In this document: positions 11,136 to 21,306 of the stretch, piece by piece
Layout: every line of letters starts with the position of its first letter
How positions within the stretch are numbered: the stretch's first letter is position 1
DNA from: Hyaloraphidium curvatum SAG 235-1
Lineage: Eukaryota; Fungi; Monoblepharomycota
Assembly: GCA_025558095.1 (NCBI GenBank)
Contig: JAIVFI010000008.1
Location: 682,001-746,000, forward strand
Length of the DNA: 64,000 nucleotides
Reading direction: 5' to 3'
Position numbers and translations under genes: made by a program
Notes under the pieces: model-generated
What the model was told of the DNA's origin: nothing
Database searches by the model: none
What the model saw: the letters and a program-made list of their open reading frames with translations, nothing else

Positions 11136-12938
11136 TTACTGCCTGTACTTCCGCAGTATCCACACCGTGTCGTCCAGCGCGACGTCGACGGGCAGCAGTA
11201 TGATCGGGTTCTTCTTCTTCCACGCCAGCTTGGCCCCCTTGACCAGCTCGGGCCACACGAGGTTCCACGCCTTTTTCCAATCGCGCTTCGCGACCGCCGC
11301 CCTCAGGTCGTCCATTTCGACCAACGGGTGCAGGCCCGCGTAGGCCTCCTGCGCGTGCTGGTACTCCCACACCTGCTCGGGCTGGATCTGCGGCTCCGAG
11401 GTGATGAGGTGGGTGTACCCGGCCTTGTAGAAGTCCATCTTGCTCTGGTAGCCTTCGAACTTGGAGTACTTCCAGTCCGGGCGCATCTCAAGGAAGCGGG
11501 TGATGCCGTTCATGGCCGAGAACGAGTCGATGTGCACGTACACGGGCGACCCGCGGTCGGCTTCGAGCTCGTGCAGCTTGGCCATGGCCGCGCCGCCGGG
11601 GTAGTTGTAGGACGAGACGTTGGCCTGGAACATGGTGGCGAGCGCGTTGAGGGCCAGCATGGCCAGGGAGCCGAGGAAGAGGAGGCGGCCGATGAACGAG
11701 GGGGCGGCGCCGGACGGGGGGGCGCCGATGTCCTCGACGGTGCCGGTCCGGGTGAGCGTCAGCCAGCGGGCCGCGGCGGTGTTGATCAGGGGCACGACGT
11801 AGATCACGAAGCGCCATTCCTTGTGCGGGATGAGGTACGAGTAGGCGCCGAGGAAGAGGAGCACGGGGAGCAGCAGGAAGCGGCTGCGGCGATCGACCAG
11901 GGCCGCGCCGAGGGCCATGGGCAGGGCCGCGCCGGTGATCCGGGGGACGAGGTTGGTGAAGTAGTAGTAGGAAGGTTCAACGCCCCAGCGGACCGACTTG
12001 TTCTCCATCCCGTTGAATTTGAAGACCTCGTACTCGGGCCACAGCGTCCGGCCCCAGAAGTAGCTGTCGACCGCGACCGTGAGGGCCACGGCAAGCAGCG
12101 ACGCCGCGATCCCGTGGAAGAGCGCCAGCCTGAGCTCCCTGAACACAATCTTGCCCTCCCAGATCCATTTTGCGGCGATGACGGGCACAGCAAAGAGCAG
12201 AACCTCGGCACGAAAGATGGCGGCGGCCGCGGCAAACAGCCACACCATCCTGTGGTGTCCCCCGCGCGCCGCCAGCCACTCCGCCAGCGCCAGGTTGACG
12301 AGACCAAAGGCAAAGATGTTTGGCAGGGTGCGGGATGCCCAGAAGAGGACATGGAACTGGGCGGCGGTCACGACGACGAACCAGCGCCCGACCTCGGCGC
12401 CCATGGTCTTGGAGACGGCCGTGCGGAGCTTGAGGAGCGTGAAGCTCGTCCAGATCCCCAGCACGGTCCGCACGACCATCTGCATGGTCAGCTTGTCCGC
12501 GACGAGGTTCTTGTACGGGAGCGAGGCCAGGGCCACGGCGATGGCGCCGAGGAACGTCCTGGGCACGACCCCCGGGAACTCGTTGTGGTCGAACGCCTTG
12601 ATGTCAAACGGGCCGTGGTACAGCAGGTCGTGGATGGCCTGCATGTTGAACGACTCCTCGACCTTGGTGTAGGGACACATCCAGATGTACAGCGTCACGA
12701 GTGCGGGGATCGCAAAGTCCAGCAGCGTGTCGAAGCCCGTCGGCTGGTACGGCTGCCGGCTCACGAAGGCGGGGGACGCCTCCGCGGCGGCGGCGGGCGC
12801 CCCGTTGGCGGTGGCGTCCCTATTGGGGGACGCCGCACCCCCGGCCGGCGCGGCCGCATCCTGGCCCGGCGCCCCCGCCGACGCAGCCTGCGCATCTGGC
12901 GCCGCGTCGCCGTCGCCGGACGCGCCCCCGTCGGACAT
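11136..12938 (-). CDS. ALG12: Dol-P-Man:Man7GlcNAc2-PP-Dol alpha-1,6-mannosyltransferase (GT22)
   Basis: Motifs PYTKVEESFNMQAIHD, FDHNEFPGVVPRTF, QFHVLFWASRTLPN, PHKEWRF and NYPGG. Intronless. Confidence 0.95.
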   Translation of the reverse strand: MSDGGASGDGDAAPDAQAASAGAPGQDAAAPAGGAASPNRDATANGAPAAAAEASPAFVSRQPYQPTGFDTLLDFAIPALVTLYIWMCPYTKVEESFNMQAIHDLLYHGPFDIKAFDHNEFPGVVPRTFLGAIAVALASLPYKNLVADKLTMQMVVRTVLGIWTSFTLLKLRTAVSKTMGAEVGRWFVVVTAAQFHVLFWASRTLPNIFAFGLVNLALAEWLAARGGHHRMVWLFAAAAAIFRAEVLLFAVPVIAAKWIWEGKIVFRELRLALFHGIAASLLAVALTVAVDSYFWGRTLWPEYEVFKFNGMENKSVRWGVEPSYYYFTNLVPRITGAALPMALGAALVDRRSRFLLLPVLLFLGAYSYLIPHKEWRFVIYVVPLINTAAARWLTLTRTGTVEDIGAPPSGAAPSFIGRLLFLGSLAMLALNALATMFQANVSSYNYPGGAAMAKLHELEADRGSPVYVHIDSFSAMNGITRFLEMRPDWKYSKFEGYQSKMDFYKAGYTHLITSEPQIQPEQVWEYQHAQEAYAGLHPLVEMDDLRAAVAKRDWKKAWNLVWPELVKGAKLAWKKKNPIILLPVDVALDDTVWILRKYRQ

Positions 12939-13067
12939 CTTCGGTGCGGGGGTGACTCGCGGGCGGCGTGGATCGCGACAGCGCCCCGACATCATCAGCG
13001 TTAAGCTCCGGGCCCGAGCGGACGCCGGAATCCTGCGAAAGCGCCTTTTCCGTGCTCTTAAATCGGA

Positions 13068-14318
13068 ATGGACACACCGCACGACGTGCTTCCGGGCGCT
13101 GCCTGGGCCCCGCCGTCGTTGTTCGACCTCTGCACCGCGGTCGTGCTACAGCGCATATCTTCGGGCCCACCGCTGTCCAGGACGCTCAGCATTGCCCTGC
13201 TCGGGGCGCTCAACACCGGCAAGTCGACCTTCATCGACCTGGTTGCGGGGGCCGTCGGTGCGGCCGTCCGGGGGCGGGCCAGGAGGACTTTCGAGGAACA
13301 CCCCTTCTTCGGATGGGCGAATCGGACGCGATTTACCGCGGCGACGGAGCTGGGACCAATCGACATCGACTTGCTGGATCTTCCCGGCCATATGTTCCAC
13401 CTCGTCGTGGACAGATTGGCCGCGGCGGTCGAGTCGGGCACATCGTCAATGGGCGACGTCGGCGTCGACGCGGTTCTCCTCCTCCACACCCCGTCGGTGC
13501 CGCAGACGCTCTTCCCCGCCCTGCGAGCAGCCGAGCGCCTTTCGTCGCCCTCCCGCAGCTTCCTCCTCGGCCTGGTCCAGGTCTCTGTCGACCCTGGCGC
13601 GCCGGTGCCGCCTCCACCGGACCCGATCGACATCCCCGGGCGCTCGCCGAGCTCTCCGACCACCCTTGCCGGCTCCTCCTCCTCGCCGGTATCTTCATTC
13701 TCCCCCCGAACGCTGCGCGAGTCGCCCCTGTCGGCCTCGTTCCGCAAGCTTCCCGGGCCGCAGGGGGACGACGGCCCGCTCGAACCCACGGCGGCGGGTC
13801 CCTCCTCCCCGACCGCGGGCTCCGAGCCCCCGCCGCCTGGGTTCGACTTCGTCGCCCCCGTGGTGTTCCGCGCGTCGCCCGACGGCGCCGTCGACCACGG
13901 CGTGCTGCTTCCCCTGTTGCTGGCGATCCGGAGCAAGTATTCGGGCGCCGACAGCGAAAATGTGCCGGAGCTCCTGCTCGAGAGCTTCGAGGGGAGGTTA
14001 GGGACGGCCGCCGGGGCCGTGGAATGGCTCGGCTTCCCGTCGGTCGGCGCGCTGAGGAATGCGTTGCGGCGGGCGGGACGGGACGCGGATGCGAGGTGGA
14101 CTGGGTTCCCGCGTTCCCCTTTCGTGCGGGCCGAGGAGGTGCCGAGCGAAGCGGAGGGTACTAGCGAGGCGAACGATTCGGCCAACACTTTTGCCGCTTC
14201 TCACGCACGAGTGGTCGAAATCGCACGGCGCCCACCTGTCAAGGAGGCCGCAGAGGACGGGGGCTGGCGATCGGTACTGGCACGGATGATTGGGCTCGGG
14301 GCGGTGTTATCGAAGTGA
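13068..14318 (+). CDS. Atypical P-loop (Ras-like) GTPase-domain protein with N-terminal BC-box-like motif
   Basis: Walker A IALLGALNTGKSTF, G3-like DLLDLPG and N-terminal PSLFDLCTAVV. Confidence 0.55.
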   Translation: MDTPHDVLPGAAWAPPSLFDLCTAVVLQRISSGPPLSRTLSIALLGALNTGKSTFIDLVAGAVGAAVRGRARRTFEEHPFFGWANRTRFTAATELGPIDIDLLDLPGHMFHLVVDRLAAAVESGTSSMGDVGVDAVLLLHTPSVPQTLFPALRAAERLSSPSRSFLLGLVQVSVDPGAPVPPPPDPIDIPGRSPSSPTTLAGSSSSPVSSFSPRTLRESPLSASFRKLPGPQGDDGPLEPTAAGPSSPTAGSEPPPPGFDFVAPVVFRASPDGAVDHGVLLPLLLAIRSKYSGADSENVPELLLESFEGRLGTAAGAVEWLGFPSVGALRNALRRAGRDADARWTGFPRSPFVRAEEVPSEAEGTSEANDSANTFAASHARVVEIARRPPVKEAAEDGGWRSVLARMIGLGAVLSK

Positions 14319-14373
14319 CGTGCCACGCTCGTGTTCTCGCGTGACGTATATACACTTGAGCCCCTTCCTCGCC

Positions 14374-17300
14374 TCATCGCCGCTGGTTCCTTCCTCCCTG
14401 CGCAGGCGGCGGAGGCGGAGGCGGCTGCCGCTGCTGCTGCTCGTAGTATCTCGGCCCCAGCTGGGCAAACTGCGCCGCGGCATAGCCCCTGTCGTACCCC
14501 GGCGGCGGAACCGGGGCGCCGTACGGCGCCGGCACCGCGCGCGGGGGCACCGCGGGGCCACCGGCGTACCCGGCGTACTGCGGCGGGTACCCCCCCGACG
14601 CGCGCACGTCAGCGAGCGAGATCACCCGCTGCGGCACGACGCCCTGCGGCGGGGGGGCCGGCAAAGGCGAGTAGGCGCTCCACTGCTGCTGGGGCGGGGG
14701 AGCCTGCGGCTGCCCACCGCCGGCGCGGGCGCGGTCGCCCCGCACGGGCATCTGGTTCGGGTTGCCGGCGTTCCCGGCAGCGCCGACGCCTGCTCCGCGG
14801 TTCTGCCCGCCCTGGTTGGCCCGCTGGCCGCCCTGCCCGCCCCCCTGCCTCCCCGAGGGCGAGGGGTTCCCGCGCTGCTGCCCGCCTCCTTGGCCGTGGC
14901 CGCCACTCTGGCGCCGGTTCCCCTGGTTGCCGGCCTGCTGCTGCTGCTGCTGCTGCTGGCGCCCGCCGCCGCCCTGGTTCTGCTTGGCGCCCGGTGTGCC
15001 TCTGCCCTGCCCGCCACCCGGTCCAGCACCGCCCTTGACGAAATCGTCGACGTGTACAGAGGGCGCCCTCGATGTGTTTGCCTTGCGGCCGGGGTGGTTG
15101 GAACGGAAGTCCTGGTTGTTGTACTTGCGGTACGGCTGCTTGCTCTGGCGCTGCTGCTGCTTCTTCTCGTTCTTCTGCCCGCTGGAACGCTGGAACTTGG
15201 AGCGCGTGATGTCGGCAAGGCTGATCTCGTTGTTGTAGCGGAGTTTCTTGCGAAGCGAGAGGTCGGGCAGCACTTCCTTGGCCATTGCCTCGAGATCCAC
15301 CTCCTCGCCGCCGGCCTCGAAGAGCAGGGCCGCGCTCTCGTCTTCCAGGTCCGCCATATAGAGTTCGGAACGCTCGGCTGGAACCCTTGAGGTGAGCTCG
15401 AGCCGCGGCACGGCCAAACACGGCCACTCACCAGAGGGTACGATCGAGGGCCTGGACCACATCATCTCCGAGAATGTCCTCCTCCGGCTCGCACCCTGAG
15501 CATCGCCGTTCTCCATGACCGCATCCGCGTCGAGGTCGACCTCCCTCCTCGCGCCGGCATTCAAGAGCTCTTCACCAGTCAGGGACCGCGTCGTCGACAT
15601 GGCCGAAACCAGGAACCTCGTCAGCTCCGCGAGCGAGGCGCACAGCCCGGGGTCCAGCATCCCGGCTCCTTCGTCCTCGAAGGCCGAGCCGCCCTTCTCC
15701 GCGAGGCGCATGGCGCGCTGTCCGTTCGTCTCCATGAGCTCCTGCGCCTGCTGAACGACGATGCCGAGGCGGAGCATACGCTCCTCGTGCTCGGGGATGC
15801 CCGTGCCGTCGACCAAGAAGTGCGCTGCGGACCCGCGGGAGCTGGCCGCCGGGGATTCGGTGAGGACCTTGAGCAGAGACATGGCGGAAATCGCAACGTC
15901 CAGCTCGTGCGGCCCCAATTGGGGCATCCCACCCGCTGTCCGGATGTTGAGCAGATCCAAGACCGCATCGAGAAGCTCGCGCATAGAACGCCGCAGATCC
16001 GGGCTCGCCAAGATGGCCCGAGCGCCGACTGCGCTCTCGGCTACGGTGTTGACAAGAAGCAAAAGTTGGCTGCGCAACCGCTCGTCCTTTGTCGTCCGGA
16101 AAAGGTCGAGCGCAAACGCGACGACTGCGGCAACGTCCGCAGCATCCGGTGGGTCCCAATAAAATGAGCCCGCAATTGGGTCGTCCCGAGGGCCATCATC
16201 TTCCATCCGGTCCTCGTCTGCCGCCATGGCACCGCGGCCGGTAAAGATCCACTGCAGGACCTCCAAAGCAAGATCTGTCGCCACGCTCGACGAGCCCAAA
16301 ACCTCAATCAGAGCCGCGACCAAAGAAAGCACCCTTGACGCCAGCTTCTCGCACGGTTTGCCTTCCCGGTCGGTCGAGCAAAGCAGCAGAGCGCGTCCCG
16401 AAGGAAGATAGGCGATGGCACAGAGCACGCTGAACCACCTGGAGGCCTCGGCGGCCGCCTTTATCCTGGCAGAACCCTTTCCCTGATCTTCCATAGGCTG
16501 GTCGGCCGTGACAGGAGACAGGAGCTGTTCACCATCCACGTCCATGGCATCGGTTCCATTCACCGGGCCATTCGCGCCGCCAGGCGCCGTAGCAGCCGGG
16601 GCTTCCGCTTTGGGCTTAACGCGGACGCCGGCAATCACCTTGTCCAAGCCATCCAGCACCGCGCCAAGGATGGCTCTCGCAACTCCCAAGTCGTCCACGT
16701 CGATGTCCACCGCGCGGCAGACCAGCGTCCTGATCGCCATGTGCAGCTGCCGCGTGCTCGACAGCGCACCGAACGTGACGAGCTTGAGGAGCTCCGGCAG
16801 GTTCGCGTGCAAAGCCTTGGCCATGTACTGCCGGAGGTGCGGCGTCCCCACGGACGCTCCGTCCAGATCGGTCCCCAGCTCCATGTCCTCCACGTTGTCC
16901 TCGTCGAACTGCTTCGACAGCAGCATCCGGATGCCTCCCGCGTCGACGTCCACATAGACTGGCAGCGGTGCGGGCAGGGCTTCGTTCAGCAGCTGAGCCG
17001 CCACCCACGCGTTGCCTGGTTCCTTCCATGCAAATCGCTCCAAAAGGGTGGAAAACACCTGCGAAGCCGGCTCCATGAAGCGCGGAAGCAGGACGGCCTG
17101 CTTTCCATAGCCGTCGTCGAAGGCACCCAGCATCGAACTGCGCCTTGCCACCGAAAGCGAGGTCCCCGCATCCAGCATCAGGGGCAAACGATCGCCGTCG
17201 GCGTCGAACATGACCGCCCCGCTCATTGCCGCGATGAGGGCGGCAATGGTCTGCTTGGACTTTGCCACCACGTAAAAGTCGCCGAGCTTGTTGGATTGGT

Positions 17301-20300
17301 ACTCATCGATGATGGTGCCGGTGCTCTGGTACGTGTCCGCCGACGGTGTAAGCAAAGCCCCGCCGGCACAGTCCGTACCACGAATGTCGACAAAGTTCAA
17401 AGCCGACAAAACGTCCAAAAGTGTGGGAAGGACGCCGAAAAGAGGAGTCCGCGGGATCCTGGGCTCGTCCATAGCGTGCACCCTGTCCTCCTCAGCCGCA
17501 GCGATAGCTTCGGCAGGCCTCTCCGCGCCATCAGCGAACGGCAGCTCCCTCTGGCGGATTACTGGCCGCGGGCCGACGGCGGCCGCTTTGTTGCCGGCAT
17601 CGTAAGCCGCAAGCATCACGGTTCTGAGGAGCCTCAGCAGCACAAACAGCAGGTCCAAAATCTGCCTCCGCAGCTGGATCATCTCGGTGGTGATCAACAC
17701 CGTGACTTTGCCCGCCGAAGCATCCTCCTTTTCCGCCTTCTCCTCCTTGCCCTCCTTGACCGAAGGTGTCGGCGACCCGGCCCTGGAGCGTTCGGCACGA
17801 AGATCTTCCAGCTTGATCTCGCGCTTGTCAGCATTGGCCTTTCCCGACGGAGGCCGGACGCTGGTGACTGGCTCTGCGACCTTGACCAGGATCTCGGCCG
17901 CGCGAGAGAGCATGCTCAGTATCCGTTCAAGAAGGCCCTTGCGGGTCTCCAGGCCCGCGACTTCTTCCGCAGATATCCTGCACGCGAGCACCTCGGCCGG
18001 CGTCTCAACCAGGGCCTGTAGAATGACCGACAGAGCAGCAGTCATCTTAATGACCACTTGCGAATCGCCCAAATCCGTGGCCGTTGGGTGCGCTGGCCGA
18101 ACAAAGAGGTCCAAGACGGCACTGAGGCCTTTGGCCTTCAAAACGTCCAGCACGGATAGCCAGGGAGAAAGCTGGCCGTCTGTTCCAACGACGGTCGAAA
18201 CGGTGCCGACCAGCTCCGGATCCTTGAGGCGAGGAAGACCGAGCGGATGCCCAGCAAAGTGCTTCAGAAGCTCGAGCGCCACTCTCGCAGTCCCCGGATT
18301 CTCTTCGTCTCCCGCAAGGCGGATCACGGCTGAAAGAGCACCGGGCATCCGCGATAGCACATGCACCACGGCCTCTCTCCCCACGTCAAAGACAGCCGCG
18401 TCCTCGAGCTCCTGCAGCAGTTTGGCTGTCCGTTCGGCGTCGACCTCGCCCGACGATAGCACCGTGCAGGCCGACGCAGCGAGCAAGGTGTATCCCGCCA
18501 GGATCGGTATCTGAGCGGTCTCGAGGTATGTGAGGAAATGATTGCGCAAGCCAGCGTCGCCGACCGAGAGCGCCTCCAGCGCCAGCCGCGCCTTTTCCGC
18601 GCCGGGAACCGGCTGTCCCCGATCGAGGAAAAGGGGCTTGAGCAGGCAAAGAGAGGTGAAAATGCCCGGACATCGCCGGACCTCATCCGCGTCCAACTCA
18701 TCCTGCACCGGGAAACCGGAGAAGGACGATGCGCCATCCGAGAGAAGGGCCCACCACGAAGCCACGCACCCAGAAGCGGCGTGCTCCGTGACGAGCCAGG
18801 AAAGGCCATCGCGATGAGCGAGGGATGCCACAACAAGGCGCGCCAAGAGCGGCACCAGGACGGCCCCGAAAGACGGCTGCGCGCGCAGCCGTTTCGCCGC
18901 CAACAGGCGCGTGATGGAGCCCGTCAGGTTCGCTGTCCGGAAGAGGCCGAAGGGAAACGCAGGCGCCACAACATCTGGCTCCGAACACGCCGCAGCCCGC
19001 GCGGCCATCATCAAGCTTGCCGCCACCGCGATTAGGATCCCAGACGGAAATGCCGGAGCGAGACCTACCATTCAGCCGCTTCGGTGATCACCTCCTCGCC
19101 CCCTTCCCACTCCTCCTCGTCCCTGCCCTCCGTCTCGGCGGTCTCACGCAGCTTCACCAGCGCTTCGTGGAGCGCCACTCTGCCTGCACATTCGCCGACC
19201 AGAGACATGTAGCGCTGCGGCATCCTGGTCCTCGTGCACGTGGACAGGAGCACCTCGATGGGCGTCTCGAAATCCGCCTCGTCATCGTCTTCAGAGGTCG
19301 GGACGGCGCCTGACGCCATGTACGAGCACGCTGCCGGTTCCGCGAGGAGCACATGAAGGATTTCGATGCAGCGCAGGCGTAGAGGCAGGGAGGTGAGCGG
19401 GTCACGCAAGAGTGCGAGGAGAGCCGGGAGCGCGTCGACAGAGCGTGAGGCGACGTCGCCGCCCAGATGCATGAGGCGCGAAAGAAGATCCAGACCAGCG
19501 TCCAGGAGGGTCTTTGTCTGTTCACGAGCAGGTGAGCGTTGGGAAGCAATCGAACATGATTGTAACGCACCATGCAGCCGGATTCGGTGTTGAGCGCATG
19601 GCCCACAAGGCCGGATACCTTCTCGATGTCCGCAGATTCCGGACCCGGAAGCATCCTTGAAATGTTTTCCAACTCTGACGCGAGCGAGTCCCCCCACGCT
19701 TGTCGGTCTTCCAGCGACGACTCGAAAGAGGGCCTGGACTCGAGGAAGCCTGACACTGCGAAAAGTGCGGCATCCCAGCCGTCATGGTCGGCCACCGCGG
19801 CCGGCGGATCCAGCAATGCTGCCGCCTGCGTGGGATGAGTACAACCGCACGGGGCCAGACGAAGTTGCGACGTACCTGAGCGGCATCATTGCGCAGGCTG
19901 GCCCAACCGAGGGTCGGCGCGCCTTCCCTAACGTCCCGGCTGCCGACGCGCCTCGCGACGATCGGAGATCCCGCAGACGAGCTCACTTCAGACATTCGCC
20001 TCTTCCGATGATCCTCCGAAGGAGGCGAGCCCTCCTCTTCCGCGGGCGACATGTGGACGTCTGTTGAGGGCTTCGGCCGGGGAGACTGCGGAGACGCCTG
20101 TCCCGGCGCGGGCTCTGCAGGGGAAACGGCAGAAGGCGGGGATTGCAGCGAAGGGGGCGTTGTTGGCATCGAGGTGGAAGCTGACGGTAGAGAAGGAGGT
20201 GAAGTCGCACTCGTGGAAGTGGCGGTCTCCTCCTTCACGGCCGCCTGAGCCTGCGGCGCGACAGGGCTGTCCGGCTGCGTTGGAGTCGATTGTGACTGCT

Positions 20301-21089
20301 TCTCGTGCTTCCATTCCTCGAACGTTTTGCCGAGCACGCAGACAGATAGGTTGTGGAAGCTCCCGCGGAAAAGCAAGGATCGCGTGACAATCTGCCCAGC
20401 AGTCAGACAACAGCCACCAACACAACCTGAACCACCAGAACGCACCGGCTGGCCCGTGCCGGTGAACTTCCACGTGTATAGGCTCTGCACCCTGTTCTTC
20501 TCATTGTACTTGAGAAGCTTCTTGTTAAGCGACTCCCAGCGCTGCTGCTTCGGCTGCGGCTGGCCATCGGCCGGCGGCGGTTGGCCGGCCGGCGGAGGCT
20601 TCGGTGCCGCGGTGAGATAAAACACCGTGAGGTCAAAGGTCGGCGGCGCCGTTTGCCTAAACGCGTCCAGGGAAGAGAGGGCCCCGAACTCAATCGCCGG
20701 CGCAGCCCGAGCACCGATCCTGCCCACCCTATCCAGTCCTCGTGTTCCTTAGCCAGGTTCTGCATCGGCTTCATTCCCAGCGGCACCAGCCGGATCTCCG
20801 TGACGACGTGCGGCTCGTCGAAGTTGACGCGGCACAGCTCGGGCGGCGGCTTCGGCGCCTCGGCCAACGGCGTGCCGGCCGGCAGGCCGACGGTGATGAA
20901 GCGCAGCACGCGGCCGCCAAACTGCGCCGCGGGCCGCGGCGCGGGCGCGGCGTGGGGCGCTCCCGACGGGGGAGACGCGTCGCGTCCATCGCGCTCGCCC
21001 GCCGGGCCCGGATCCTCCACCGTGCCACTCCCGCCGTTTATCGCGGCTCCGCCATCGGAGCCGGTCACGCTGTCCGGCCCATCGTCCAT
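14374..21089 (-). CDS. VIRMA: Virilizer (VIRMA/KIAA1429)-like m6A writer complex subunit; about 5 introns (e.g. 20657-20727, 19518-19570, 19016-19068)
   Basis: N-terminal VIR_N-like beta domain (RVNFDEPHVVTEIRLVPLG...LLFRGSFHNLSVCVLG), a long helical body, the C-terminal signature NTSRAPSVHVDDF and a Q/G/N-rich tail. Confidence 0.85.
14935..14958 (-). repeat. (CAG)8 microsatellite encoding poly-Gln in the virilizer tail
   Basis: Eight CTG units on the + strand. Confidence 0.9.
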
Positions 21090-21306
21090 CGGGAGCACAC
21101 CGCGGGGAGGTGATGTTCAATATGCCCACTCCACGACTTTGCTAGCCATCACGGCCTTCTCGCGCCGGCGCCCAACTTCCAGCTTAGGGTCACATTTTCA
21201 AAGCTCGAAAAGAGAATGTAACTATCAAGGACATCGGGAGGAAGAGCTACAGCCATGATCGACACCGCCAGGCCACCACCTTGCATGCAAACACCCCAGC
21301 TCACGA

